This document shows, in pieces, positions 1 to 9,955 of a stretch of 64,000 nt of DNA. The notes under the pieces were generated by a model. That model saw only the letters and a program-made list of their open reading frames with translations. It searched no databases and had not been told where the DNA came from. Position 1 is the stretch's first letter. Every line of letters begins with the position of its first letter. A program made the position numbers and the translations under genes. Origin of the DNA: an uncultured virus (IMG/VR IMGVR_UViG_2687453479_000001) (Duplodnaviria; Heunggongvirae; Uroviricota; Caudoviricetes); IMG/VR virus record IMGVR_UViG_2687453479_000001; one strand, given 5' to 3'.

Positions 1-2535
1 TCATGCCCGCGCTCCCTGGGTATCGGTGTGACCGGCAGCGCGGTCCTGATTCTTGTTGATCATGAAATTGAGCAGGTAATCGCGGTACAACTGCACCACA
101 GCCAAGCCGGGGTTGGCCTTGCCCGCCACCTCGCGCACGTCCTGCGCCATGGTTTTGAAGGATTCATCCGCATCGGTGACGATGAACACCTGCGACAAGC
201 CGGTGCGACCTTCCAGCGACTTCAGCAGACGGCCCATACGGGTTTCATCCAGCAGCACCACGAAATTGCTGCCCTCTGGCGCAAACAGCGCGGGTTCTGG
301 CTCTCCGCGTTTCAATTCAGGCCGCGGCCCCACAGCGCCCGCCTTCAGCCACAGCAGCGGCAAGATTTCGCGGAAGGCGCGGCGCAGCGACACGCGTTCT
401 CGCTCCAGAAAATCCAGCTTGAAGTAGGCGAGGTTGGCAGCAAAGCCCGCGCTCATCGGGCGTTTTTCTTCCTCCGGCACCAGTAACGGCCCGAGCAGCT
501 CCACCACCTGCGCCTTCAACTGGTCGTACACACGCTTGACGGGCGTGACGATGTAGAAGTCGGTAATGTGCTCTTGTCCGTCGAGTGCCTCCAGCCAATC
601 TTCTGCGGCTGCTGGGTCAAACAGCACGCTGGCCTTGTGGTCTTCGGAAACGATGAACCGACAGGGATCTTTCACCAGCGTTTGCGGCAGCCCATCGATC
701 AGTGCCACCACCTGCTTCTTCTTGGGCAGTGCGTCGAGCTGCGCCGGATCGACAAAGCCGATCTGCGTGAATCTGCGCGCTTTCTCACGCTCCACGGTTT
801 TGCCGGTCAGGTATTCACCCGACAGCACCGAGCCATCGTCACGCTGGCCCAGGATGGTGTACTTGCTGCGCGGCCAGGTCACCGAGCGGCAGATGCCTTG
901 CGCTTCCCATTCGGCGTCGCCGGGTTGCAAGCCGCGGGCGCTCAAGGATGCGGCCTCCTCTGCGGAGACTTCGTTGTTGGTGACCAGGATGCAGCGCCGC
1001 TGGCCGCCATCGGTGGCGTTGAGCAGGTTGACGGCATTCAGTGTGGTGCCACTGCCTGCGAAGAAATCCACGATTAGGGCGTTGGGACGATCACGCACAA
1101 CGGCGGCCACTGCATCACGAGTGGCATAGAGCGATTTGGGAAACGAGAATTTTCGTCCTTCGCCAAAGATCGATTTGAGTATGTCAGCGCCGTAGGCCCC
1201 GGCATCGTGTGCACTGCGATGCCAGACGGTTTTGATCTGTCGCTCGCGCTCCTCAGCGTACTCAACGCTTACAACATTGCGTAGTTTGTCAAACTCGACG
1301 ACCCGAATCGCGCCACTTTCAATTTGCAGTTGAAGTTTGCGACTAAGGTACGAGATACCCCAAGTTCGTCTGCTCTCGTCAAAACCGCCTAGGCTTACGT
1401 AGCCTTTCTTAATCAATCCACGCAACGATTCAGGACCAACGCCCCAGTTCCCGAAACTTCCATCCATGCGAATCGGCCAAGCAGCGGCAAAACCGTCAAC
1501 TTTCGCGTCCAAGTCTGGAGTTTGATCCAAAGGAAGGTAATCACCGGCCCCAACAATGGCATTCCGCTCAGTATCAATAAGCACTGGGAAGAACATCTTG
1601 TGTCGATCCTGGCGGCGCGCATTTGTACCTGACCGAAGAAGCCCCTTCCATCGCGGAGTCGTATTTGTGCCAGGTTTAGCTGGCGAGAGCAGGTCATCAC
1701 CCAAGCTGTTTACGAATGCTTGGTTTCCAAAACAAAAAAGTGCGTACTCCTCAACCCTAGAGAAACGCCCCTGAGTTACACCTTTTGGGTTAATAACGAT
1801 GGTTACCAACTGCCGGTACGCCTCCGGAAATTCCCGTTCCAGCAGCATCCCGAGGTGATGCACCTCGTGCTCGTCAATCGTGACGATCAGTACCCCGGTA
1901 TCCGGCTTGAGCAGCCGCTTGGCCAGCTTTAGCCGCTTTTCCATGAAGGCCAGCCACTTGCTGTGCCGCCAGCCATCGTTGCCGTCCACGTAATCGTTGT
2001 TGTATTTCCAATCGCGCGCGCCGGTGTTGTAGGGCGGGTCGATGTAGATGCAATCGACCTGACCGGCATACAGGTAATCCAGCAATTGCAGCGCGTGGTA
2101 GTTGTCGGCCTCGATCAGCGTGTGCCAGGGGGCATCTGCTGGGCCGTTGGCCACTGAATCTACCGGCACTAGCGCGGGGAAGATCGGCTCGCCAAACTCC
2201 CGCACCACCAGCAGTTCATCCACCGGAAACTGCACCGGCTCTGCCGCTGCGCGGGTCGGTTCGCTAGGGTGCGCCTCGTTGCTGGGTTTAACGCAGGTGG
2301 CCACGCCCGCGTGGATGGTCTTGATTTGCCACACATCTTTCAGCGCACCCTGACGGCGACACACCAGATCGCCCTTGCGTGGCTTGGCTCCGTGCAGCGG
2401 CAACAACTCGGGCAGGTGGTCTTCAAACACCAGGCCGAATTTCTTTTCTTTCTTGGCGTTGTCCCACTCAGCAGTGAGGCGCTCGCGCAGGCGGGGATCG
2501 CTGATTTGGGCGATCAGGGTATCAATGGCGGACAA
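1..2535 (-). CDS. Adenine DNA methyltransferase, type III Mod-like
   Basis: IDPPY motif, DFFAGSGTT motif I, TTG start after GGAGG; stop overlaps an ATG (ATGA) of the next gene off-window. Confidence 0.85.
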   Translation of the reverse strand: MSAIDTLIAQISDPRLRERLTAEWDNAKKEKKFGLVFEDHLPELLPLHGAKPRKGDLVCRRQGALKDVWQIKTIHAGVATCVKPSNEAHPSEPTRAAAEPVQFPVDELLVVREFGEPIFPALVPVDSVANGPADAPWHTLIEADNYHALQLLDYLYAGQVDCIYIDPPYNTGARDWKYNNDYVDGNDGWRHSKWLAFMEKRLKLAKRLLKPDTGVLIVTIDEHEVHHLGMLLEREFPEAYRQLVTIVINPKGVTQGRFSRVEEYALFCFGNQAFVNSLGDDLLSPAKPGTNTTPRWKGLLRSGTNARRQDRHKMFFPVLIDTERNAIVGAGDYLPLDQTPDLDAKVDGFAAAWPIRMDGSFGNWGVGPESLRGLIKKGYVSLGGFDESRRTWGISYLSRKLQLQIESGAIRVVEFDKLRNVVSVEYAEERERQIKTVWHRSAHDAGAYGADILKSIFGEGRKFSFPKSLYATRDAVAAVVRDRPNALIVDFFAGSGTTLNAVNLLNATDGGQRRCILVTNNEVSAEEAASLSARGLQPGDAEWEAQGICRSVTWPRSKYTILGQRDDGSVLSGEYLTGKTVEREKARRFTQIGFVDPAQLDALPKKKQVVALIDGLPQTLVKDPCRFIVSEDHKASVLFDPAAAEDWLEALDGQEHITDFYIVTPVKRVYDQLKAQVVELLGPLLVPEEEKRPMSAGFAANLAYFKLDFLERERVSLRRAFREILPLLWLKAGAVGPRPELKRGEPEPALFAPEGSNFVVLLDETRMGRLLKSLEGRTGLSQVFIVTDADESFKTMAQDVREVAGKANPGLAVVQLYRDYLLNFMINKNQDRAAGHTDTQGARA

Positions 2536-2614
2536 ACTTCCCTCCTTTTGGCCTACCAGCCCACACGGGCTGCAGACTCGTGTTCATTCAGCAATTCGAT
2601 GGGGCCAGTCATTA

Positions 2615-2818
2615 CTAGCCCTTTTCTTCCGGAGCCGCATGCTCATCAGCTCCACCGGCGCGCACCCAGTCATCCACCTCGGAAACCTGGAACTTCCACA
2701 ACCGACCCACGCGGTGCGCTGGCAGCCCCTTGCGGTCGATCCAGCGGTAGATCGAGTCGCGCGTGACACCCAGATGCTCGGCAATCTGGTCCACGGACAC
2801 CCAAGGTTCAGCAGTCAT
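2615..2818 (-). CDS. Excisionase-like helix-turn-helix protein, probable regulator of the R-M operon
   Basis: MTAEPWVSVDQIAEHLGVTRDSIYRWI...LPAHRVGRLWKF. Confidence 0.8.
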   Translation of the reverse strand: MTAEPWVSVDQIAEHLGVTRDSIYRWIDRKGLPAHRVGRLWKFQVSEVDDWVRAGGADEHAAPEEKG

Positions 2819-2937
2819 CGCAGCGCTCCGGTTGCAGGGGTTCGGATGGCATAAAGTCGGTCTAAATCGTAAAGGTTGCAATTTATCAGGTTGAAGGGCG
2901 GTAGACGAGGGGTCGATGCCGTGGGCATCATCTTTTT

Positions 2938-2967
2938 CTTGGCTTCCTGATCATTCAGCGCGTGAAT
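2938..2967 (+). promoter_or_regulatory. Conserved 30-bp upstream motif, copy 1
   Basis: CTTGGCTTC-N7-TTCAGCGCGTGAAT; six more copies in window. Confidence 0.7.
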
Positions 2968-2998
2968 GGTGGCGTCATCCATCAACCCGGAGCCCACC

Positions 2999-3202
2999 AT
3001 GACCAGCCAGACCGCCGCCATCGACGCCTATCTCGACCGCACCGCCGCCATCCGCATCAAGCTGGCCCGGCTGCAGCAACTGGCCGACGACCACTTCGGC
3101 CACGACCCTGACGCCATCCACTGGGGCCACGTTGGCGACCTGGGGCGGGTGGAGCAGGCACTGGATGAGTTGCTGGCGATCTTCGACGGCCAGACCAAGT
3201 GA
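2999..3202 (+). CDS. Small hypothetical protein (67 aa)
   Basis: GGAG RBS, ATG, follows conserved motif, overlaps next gene (GTGA). Confidence 0.7.
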   Translation: MTSQTAAIDAYLDRTAAIRIKLARLQQLADDHFGHDPDAIHWGHVGDLGRVEQALDELLAIFDGQTK

Positions 3203-3699
3203 CGGAGGCCATGATGGAGACCCTGCTCAAACTCTCCCCGGCTCAAAGCCTGCTGCTCCGCACCGCTGCCCGCCGTGCCGATCGACGCGTGATCCCGCCC
3301 GACACCCTGCGCGGTGGCGCACGGGCCAAGGTGCTGACCGCACTGCTGCGGCGCGGCTGGATTGAGTCCGCCGACGGCGGGCACGTGCTGACCGACGCGG
3401 GCTACGCTGCCATCGGCCTGCAGCGGCCAGTTCAGCCGGATGACGTCCAGCCGATGGACACCATCGACGACCTCCAACTTCTGGAGGGCATCCCGGTGCG
3501 CCCTGGCACCAAGCTCGCCGCGCTGGTGATGGCACTGCGCCGCCCGCAGGGGGCGACCAGTCTCCAACTGATGCTGGTCACCGGCTGGCAGCCGCACACC
3601 GTGCGCGGTGCGATCTCCGGGATGCTGCGCAAGAAGCTGGGACTGAACGTGGTGCTGTCACACAACGGCAGCGGCGAGCGGGTATATCGCGTAGTCTGA
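3199..3699 (+). CDS. DUF3489-like protein
   Basis: C-terminal LRRPQGAT...TGWQPHTVRGAISG...GERVYR; paralog at 37843. Confidence 0.75.
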   Translation: MTEAMMETLLKLSPAQSLLLRTAARRADRRVIPPDTLRGGARAKVLTALLRRGWIESADGGHVLTDAGYAAIGLQRPVQPDDVQPMDTIDDLQLLEGIPVRPGTKLAALVMALRRPQGATSLQLMLVTGWQPHTVRGAISGMLRKKLGLNVVLSHNGSGERVYRVV

Positions 3700-3949
3700 C
3701 TGTGGCCAAGGGTGTCCAGTTTCTGGAGGCCCTTGCGCCCGCTATCACGATGGCCGATTTCGCGATCCGCGTGTGTAGAACACCTGCAAACCCGCGCCAG
3801 CATTGATTTTTTGACCCTGGCCGTTTTTCATTCGGATGGGGTGCAAACCTGCGAACCCGGTACGCACTCAGGTTCGCACCTTTCCCATTCTTCTCCATCC
3901 CACACAGGCCCGCGCTGTCGCAGCATTCGGCCTATCGGGGCGTGCAGTG

Positions 3950-4050
3950 GGGTGCGAACCGCAAACCCTGCAAACCTTGTTTTCTGGTCGGACGGTGGCG
4001 CAATGCTGCGCTGTCGCCCCCCGTATTGGAATATCGCCAGGAAGGACCCG
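3950..4050 (-). other. Putative lambda-like cos site 1 (cosQ-cosN plus repeats)
   Basis: Minus strand GGGTCCT-N20-GGGGGGCGACAGCGC then GGTTTGC repeats; homologous to 41160-41260. Confidence 0.7.
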
Positions 4051-4111
4051 CTTTGCCTGTGGTGGTCGATGGGGTCGCAAATCGCGACATCATCCACGCG
4101 AGTGAGGTGAG

Positions 4112-4327
4112 CATTCCCAATGCTCACCCTCTCTTTAGAGAGGAAACACCGGGAACCCGGGAATGCGTTGATTTCATTGGGTTTTAATCCTTCCCGGCTC
4201 AGCTGGGAAGGAATTGCCCCGGGAACGATTTAAACCCTTGTGTTTGCTGGCGGTAAATCGTTCCCACCCCTTGCGCGTTCCCGCTGGGAAAGCGGGAAGC
4301 CGGGGACGATTGTTGGGGGCGGGAACC
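4112..4327. repeat. Iteron-like GGGAA/TTCCC repeats, putative replication origin of element A
   Basis: About ten GGGAA/TTCCC units in both orientations directly downstream of primase-helicase. Confidence 0.6.
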
Positions 4328-4328
4328 A

Positions 4329-6476
4329 TTATTCGATCACCGGCCGACCGGCACTGGAGCGGGTCAGGTGGCCGGTGACGAACACGGCCTGACCTTGGGC
4401 GACCGGTCCGTCGGGCACGTCGAGCCACTTCACCAGCTTGGAGCCGTCGGCCATGGCGGTGACCAGTTCACCCTGCGCCAGCAAGGTATCCACCCAGCCG
4501 GTAAGCCGATGCTTGCCGATGGCATGGAAGGCGTCGGGCAGCTCGTGGCGGCGTTCGTACAGACCGTTGCCACCGGTCTTGGTGTAGGGCTGGCCATCCC
4601 GCGCAGCGCGAGCGATGGCGGATTTGAGCGCAGGCAACAGGTCATCTGGCTCCGGTCGGGCCTGGCGCAGACGGTCACTGCAATCGACCAGCAAGCCGCT
4701 GGTACTGCGCAAGAAGGTGGTCACGCGCAGGTTGGCGCGGCTATTGGCCTTGACCACACCGCCCATCACCACGCGGCCGCGCTCAAAGGGTTCGCCCAAG
4801 GCCTCGCAGAGTTTCTTGGCCTGATCTTCCTTGGGCTGCCACAGGGCATAGACCGCCCGCACGCCATCAACCAGGCCGCCAGTGCCCCGGATCGCCTCGC
4901 GGGCCTGCTCGGGTGTGGAGGCTTCGCGCTTGGCAAAGTGGTGCGACACGATGACAGAGGCACCCGTGCTGGCCGCCAGCGCCGCCAAACGCGAGCAGAC
5001 GAACTGGGCGTTCTCCGGCACGTTCAAATCCAGCGCGCATAGCGGCTGCAGCGGATCGAGCACCACCAGGCACAGGCTGGGCATGGCCTTGAGTTGCCGC
5101 TCCAGATCCATCCACGCCGCCGTGGTCGCGGGGCCTCGGGTGGCCGGGTCGGGCGCAAACAGCGGCACCGCGCCTCCGGCATCGGGCAGTGGCAGCACGT
5201 ACAGGCGATCCGGAATCGGCCCGAGGGCGTTGAGCCGGTTGTGCACTTCGATGGCATCGTCCTCGGCGGTGATGTAGATCGCCATGCCGTGGCCAGCCAA
5301 GGCGCCGCCGAACAGTGTGGGCGCATTGGCCCAGACGCCGTCGAAAGCTGCGACCTCCCGCGTGAGCGCCAGCAGCAGGAAAGATTTTCCGACCCCGCCC
5401 GCAGCGGCGATCAGCGCGGCTTGCGCTTGGGGGAACACCCCTTCGACCAGCCAGCGGCGTTGCTGGGGCTGCCCGGTAAAACGATCTGCCGCGCGCCAGT
5501 GGTTGATTTCCAGCGCTGGGGTGGCTGCTGTTGTGATGCCTGTGACCGGCTGTGAAGCGCGCAGCAGCGCTTCGACATCAAAGCCTTCCGCCACGGCGTC
5601 GGCCGCATCCCACTTGGCGGGCTTGTCCTGCGGCACATAAACACGGCGGACCGTGGCCCCGATGCTCGCCAGTTTCTGGATGACGGCAGCGGCATAGCGC
5701 GCCCCCGCCTCATCGTGATCGGGCCAGACGGCGACTGTCTTGCCTGCCAGCGGCGTCCAGTCGGTTTTATCGATGGCCGTGGCCGCGCCGCCCATCGCGG
5801 TGGTGGCTGCGATGCCCAGTTGCATCAAGGCTTCGGCACATTTTTCACCTTCGACCAGCACCACGGCATCGGCGGCAGCAATCGCAGGAAGGTTGTAGAG
5901 CGGACGCGGTTCCGGCATGCGCATGACCCGCGCCCGCACATCCCACGGGCGGTACTGCTTGCCGCTGGGTGTGTCGTGCCGATACACACAGGCCAGGAGA
6001 CTGCCATCGGCCGCCAGGTAATCCCATTTGCCGGTGTGGGGGCCAAGCTCGTCATAGGCACGGCGGGTGTGCAGTACTGGCGCAGCGGCGATACGCGGCA
6101 CCATCAGCCAATCGCCCGCGTCCTCCAACAGCTCGTTGAAATCGTTGGGCAAGCAATAGCCCCGTGTACTGGCCCACAGCGCCAGCACATCGCCCGATTC
6201 GCCGGTGGCGAAGTCGATCCACACGCCGCGTTTGGGGCCCTCCAGTTCAACCACCAGACTGTCGCCCGGCTCACCTTGCAGATTGCCGATGTAGAACTGG
6301 TTGCCGCGCCGTTTGCCGCGTGGCAACAGATAGAGCAGCACCGATTCCAATTGATCCAGCAATCGAGAGCGGATTTCATCCTTGTCGTGGCGCGGCAGGA
6401 TGAGGTCGGCGGCATCGTTGAAATCAAAGAAGGGATGGCTGGCCACCGTGGTGGTTTGCGTTGCGGTCGCCATCAT
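4329..6476 (-). CDS. Primase-helicase (Toprim + AAA_25/RepA-like)
   Basis: LVEGEKCA, WPDHDEAG Toprim motifs; GGVGKS Walker A; VVLDP Walker B. Confidence 0.85.
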   Translation of the reverse strand: MMATATQTTTVASHPFFDFNDAADLILPRHDKDEIRSRLLDQLESVLLYLLPRGKRRGNQFYIGNLQGEPGDSLVVELEGPKRGVWIDFATGESGDVLALWASTRGYCLPNDFNELLEDAGDWLMVPRIAAAPVLHTRRAYDELGPHTGKWDYLAADGSLLACVYRHDTPSGKQYRPWDVRARVMRMPEPRPLYNLPAIAAADAVVLVEGEKCAEALMQLGIAATTAMGGAATAIDKTDWTPLAGKTVAVWPDHDEAGARYAAAVIQKLASIGATVRRVYVPQDKPAKWDAADAVAEGFDVEALLRASQPVTGITTAATPALEINHWRAADRFTGQPQQRRWLVEGVFPQAQAALIAAAGGVGKSFLLLALTREVAAFDGVWANAPTLFGGALAGHGMAIYITAEDDAIEVHNRLNALGPIPDRLYVLPLPDAGGAVPLFAPDPATRGPATTAAWMDLERQLKAMPSLCLVVLDPLQPLCALDLNVPENAQFVCSRLAALAASTGASVIVSHHFAKREASTPEQAREAIRGTGGLVDGVRAVYALWQPKEDQAKKLCEALGEPFERGRVVMGGVVKANSRANLRVTTFLRSTSGLLVDCSDRLRQARPEPDDLLPALKSAIARAARDGQPYTKTGGNGLYERRHELPDAFHAIGKHRLTGWVDTLLAQGELVTAMADGSKLVKWLDVPDGPVAQGQAVFVTGHLTRSSAGRPVIE

Positions 6477-6718
6477 TGCGTGTGCTCCACACCCAGACGG
6501 GCCTTGAACCAGTCGCCATTGGCGCGCACGCAGTAGTAGGCGCGACCAGGGCCGGTGCTTTTGGCATCCGGCACGATCCACAGCTGTTCGCGAGCGTCGT
6601 AACGCCAACTGCCCGGGCCGAACATTTTGTCGAGCATGGCCTCGATGCCGTGCTCGGCAATGTGGGCACGCAGTTGCCGGGTAAGGTTGTCGCGCTGACG
6701 GCGTTGAGCGCGGTTCAT
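6473..6718 (-). CDS. Hypothetical protein
   Basis: ORF overlapping both neighbours by 4 nt. Confidence 0.65.
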   Translation of the reverse strand: MNRAQRRQRDNLTRQLRAHIAEHGIEAMLDKMFGPGSWRYDAREQLWIVPDAKSTGPGRAYYCVRANGDWFKARLGVEHTQ

Positions 6719-6939
6719 TGCCAGATTCCTTCGCTGACAGACTGCCCTGCGGTGCAGCGGCGGGTGCGCTGCGCCTCATGTGCTGACACATCGTCCATGC
6801 GGTACAGCACCCGGCTACCCAGCTTGAGAAACGTGGGGCCATTGCCGGTCATGCGCCAGCGTTCAAGGGTTTTTTCAGAAAGGCCCCAGCGGGTCGCCAA
6901 AGTGCGCGGGGTAATCAATTCGGGCAGCGTGGTTTGCAT
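6715..6939 (-). CDS. AlpA/excisionase-like HTH regulator
   Basis: LATRWGLSEKTLERWRMTGNGPTFLKLGSRVLY; GGAG RBS. Confidence 0.85.
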   Translation of the reverse strand: MQTTLPELITPRTLATRWGLSEKTLERWRMTGNGPTFLKLGSRVLYRMDDVSAHEAQRTRRCTAGQSVSEGIWQ

Positions 6940-7140
6940 CGGAATCTCCTGTCGTCGGTGGGGGACGCTGTCCCGCCAAGAGGGATGTGCGCCCGCGATG
7001 AGGAGATTCTTCGCCTGCTGATTTCTGAAGGCAAATGGCCAAAATTCGCTTTTGTACGAAACGGCCACCAATAGCCCCAGGCATTACTCTAAATTGCTAT
7101 CCGCTTCAGGGCTTTTTTACAACAGCACCCGGGATATTGA

Positions 7141-7581
7141 GTGCGACCGAAGCTGAATCGTGCCCGCAAAGCCGCCAAAACCTTCGTACAGGCCTGGCGC
7201 GAGATGCAAAGCGTGGAGGCGGTGCTGTTGCAGCGCGTGCGCCTGACCCACACCCGCGTGACAGGCGACACCTGCGCTCGCTTCGACCACGAGCTGATCG
7301 GACAAACGCGTGATGGCGAGCTGCTGCCGACCTTGATCGCGGGCATCTCGTATGAAGAGCTGCGTGATCTGAACGACCAGTTCACTCGCACCGACAACGA
7401 ACTGGTCGTGGCACTGGACAACGCCCTGCGCAGGGCAGGCTTCGACGGTTGGGGGCTTAAGGTCTATCACCCGAAGGCCAAAGGTGATGAGCGTCGCATC
7501 TACGCGCCCGATCCCAATCCACCGAAGAAGCATCTCGGTCATGGCACGGGCCTGTCGACCGTGGTGCGCGTGGATGTGTGA
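7141..7581 (+). CDS. Hypothetical protein divergent from the HTH gene
   Basis: 146-aa ORF after an AT-richer intergenic region. Confidence 0.5.
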   Translation: MRPKLNRARKAAKTFVQAWREMQSVEAVLLQRVRLTHTRVTGDTCARFDHELIGQTRDGELLPTLIAGISYEELRDLNDQFTRTDNELVVALDNALRRAGFDGWGLKVYHPKAKGDERRIYAPDPNPPKKHLGHGTGLSTVVRVDV

Positions 7582-7970
7582 GGGCTGCCGTCATGGAAAT
7601 CCAGCCATCGCGCCAGCATCTGCCTGATCGCTTCGGGCCGCTGTCGCCACGTATTGCACCCGGACCGGAAGGTCTGGAGCGCCAGCCCGCCCGACAGAAG
7701 TTATTGCCACCGGCAGCACATGCCACCATCACGTGCGATGACGGCATTGGCGTGTTGCCGTCCGTTTCGCAAGCCTCGTGGGGTGAGGCATCGATCGGCG
7801 TACCGGGCAGGCCATCGTCATCCATCGTGCACAGGCCGCGCCGCGTGCGGATCAAGCTGCCGTGGTGGTGGCGCTGGTTGTGTGCCGCCGCGCGTATTGA
7901 ACGCCGCCTCTGGCATTGGTGGCAGCGCCATTTCCTGCGCCCGACGCGTCGGCATCGCCGCCGGTGAAAT

Positions 7971-8073
7971 GGGTCCTTCCCTCACAAGAACCGATACGGG
8001 TGGCGCGAGCGCGCGCCCTCGTCAGCGACAGATTCCGAAACTGGGTTACCACCCGAGGTTACCGGTTACCACC
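7971..8073 (+). other. Putative lambda-like cos site 2
   Basis: GGGTCCT-N20-GGGTGGCGCGAGCGC followed by three GGTTACC repeats. Confidence 0.6.
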
Positions 8074-8095
8074 TGATCGAAAGAGCACGGTTTGA

Positions 8096-8125
8096 CTTGG
8101 CTTCTGCCTGCCACAGCGCGTTCAT
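8096..8125 (+). promoter_or_regulatory. Conserved 30-bp upstream motif, copy 2
   Basis: CTTGGCTTC-N7-CACAGCGCGTTCAT. Confidence 0.7.
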
Positions 8126-8156
8126 GGACCTGTCTCAACCACAGGAGAAATTTGAA

Positions 8157-8618
8157 ATGACGGTCACCCTTAACAGCAGCATCTCGGCCCAGCTGGCCGT
8201 GCTGCCATCCCTGCCGATGGCCGAGCTCTGGGCGCTGTGGGATCTGTACTTTCCCCGGCGCCCCAGCCATCGCAATCGCCATTACGTGGAATCGCGTCTG
8301 GCCTACCGCATTCAGGAGAAAGCCTACGGCGCGCTGCCCACCAATATTCGCAAGATGCTGGTCGAGGCCGGGGCCAAGCATTCCAAGATCAAGTCGGCTG
8401 CCGGTCGCAGCGCGCAGACCCTGCTGATGCCTGGCACCACGCTGATCCGCGAATGGGATGAGCGCCAACACCGTGTAACGGTCACGCCCGATGGTCTGTA
8501 CGAACTCAACGGGCAGGTGTTCAAGAGCCTGTCGGCGGCCGCACGCCACATCACCGGCACGCGCTGGAACGGGCCGAAGTTCTTTGGCCTGTGCGATCGC
8601 AAGGGGGATGGTCAATGA
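8157..8618 (+). CDS. DUF2924-like protein
   Basis: LAYRIQE, PGTTLIREW, SLSAAARHITGTRWNGPKFFGL; directly upstream of recombinase. Confidence 0.8.
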   Translation: MTVTLNSSISAQLAVLPSLPMAELWALWDLYFPRRPSHRNRHYVESRLAYRIQEKAYGALPTNIRKMLVEAGAKHSKIKSAAGRSAQTLLMPGTTLIREWDERQHRVTVTPDGLYELNGQVFKSLSAAARHITGTRWNGPKFFGLCDRKGDGQ

Positions 8619-9955
8619 ATGCGCCATTGCTCGTGCCACCGAAACGCTGCGCGGTGTATTGCCGCGTGTCCAGTGATGAGCGTCTGGACCAGTCCTTCAA
8701 TTCCATCGACGCGCAGAAGGAAGCCGGGCACGCCTTCATCAAGAGCCAGAACCACGAGGGTTGGATTGCCGTGGCCGACGACTACGACGATGGTGGTTTC
8801 TCCGGCGGCAACATGGAGCGTCCTGCCTTGAAGCGCCTGATGGCAGACATCCAGATGGGTAAGGTCGACATCGTGGTGGTTTACAAGATCGACCGGCTGT
8901 CACGGTCGCTGGCGGATTTCGCGCGAATGGTCGATGTGTTTGACCGCCACCGGGTCTGTTTCAGCGCTGTCACGCAGCAGATCAACTCGGCCACCTCGAT
9001 GGGCCGCCTGATGCTCAACGTCCTGCTGTCCTTCGCGCAGTTCGAACGGGAGGTGACCGGCGAGCGCATCCGCGACAAGATCGCCGCCAGCAAGGCCAAG
9101 GGTATGTGGATGGGCGGGCCGCTGCCGCTCGGGTACGACGTCGATAACCGACTGTTGGTGATCAACGAAGTTGAGGTCAAGCTGGTTCGCCGCATCTTTG
9201 ATGACTTCGTGACCGTGCGCTCGGCCACGCTGATGGCCAAGGCCTACGGCGCGCAAGGCGTGGTCACCAAGGGCGGCAAGCCCTTCACCAAGCAGACCAT
9301 CTACAAGATGCTGCACAACCGGATGTACCTGGGCGAGATCGTTCACAAGGGGCAGAGTTTCCCGGGCCAGCATCAAGCCATCATCACCCAGGCACAGTGG
9401 GATGCGGTGCACGCGTTGATCGCCACCGATGGGATCGAACGGCGGCGTGCGACGAATGACCGCCAGAGTGAGCCAGTGTTGCTGCGTGGTTTGCTGTTCA
9501 CGTCCGATGGCGAACGGCTGGTGCCCAGCTACACGGTCAAGAAGGGCAAGACCTACCGCTATTACAGTCCGATCAAACACCGTCGCTTTGGCGCATGGGC
9601 CAGTCAACACGGCCCGTTGCCAGCCGTGCCGATTGAAGAGTTGGTCACGCAGCAGATCGTGGCGGCGCTGTCAGCCCCGCACATCGTGCAATCGGTGTGG
9701 GGCCGAATGCAGAACATCCGGCCAGATCTCACCGAACCGCAGGTCGTGCTGCCAATGCGTAACCTCGCCAGCTTATGGCGGGAGTTGTTTCCAGCCGAGC
9801 AGTGCCGACTGGCGCAACTGCTGATCGAGCGCGTGGTGATTGCCGACGGCGGGCTGGAAATCATCTGGCGCGATCAGGGCTGGCAGGAACTGGCCGGGGA
9901 ACTGATGCCCGGCACCATCGGTGCGGAATTGCAGGAAATGGAGGAAATCGTATGA
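8615..9955 (+). CDS. Large serine recombinase (integrase)
   Basis: YCRVSS catalytic motif, DDGGFSGG, KIDRLSRS, FAQFERE. Confidence 0.92.
   Translation: MNAPLLVPPKRCAVYCRVSSDERLDQSFNSIDAQKEAGHAFIKSQNHEGWIAVADDYDDGGFSGGNMERPALKRLMADIQMGKVDIVVVYKIDRLSRSLADFARMVDVFDRHRVCFSAVTQQINSATSMGRLMLNVLLSFAQFEREVTGERIRDKIAASKAKGMWMGGPLPLGYDVDNRLLVINEVEVKLVRRIFDDFVTVRSATLMAKAYGAQGVVTKGGKPFTKQTIYKMLHNRMYLGEIVHKGQSFPGQHQAIITQAQWDAVHALIATDGIERRRATNDRQSEPVLLRGLLFTSDGERLVPSYTVKKGKTYRYYSPIKHRRFGAWASQHGPLPAVPIEELVTQQIVAALSAPHIVQSVWGRMQNIRPDLTEPQVVLPMRNLASLWRELFPAEQCRLAQLLIERVVIADGGLEIIWRDQGWQELAGELMPGTIGAELQEMEEIV

Noticed and set aside
7578..7967. 129-aa ORF before cos site 2
   Set aside because: Low-complexity Pro/Arg/Trp sequence with no recognisable motif; cannot be supported as a gene.
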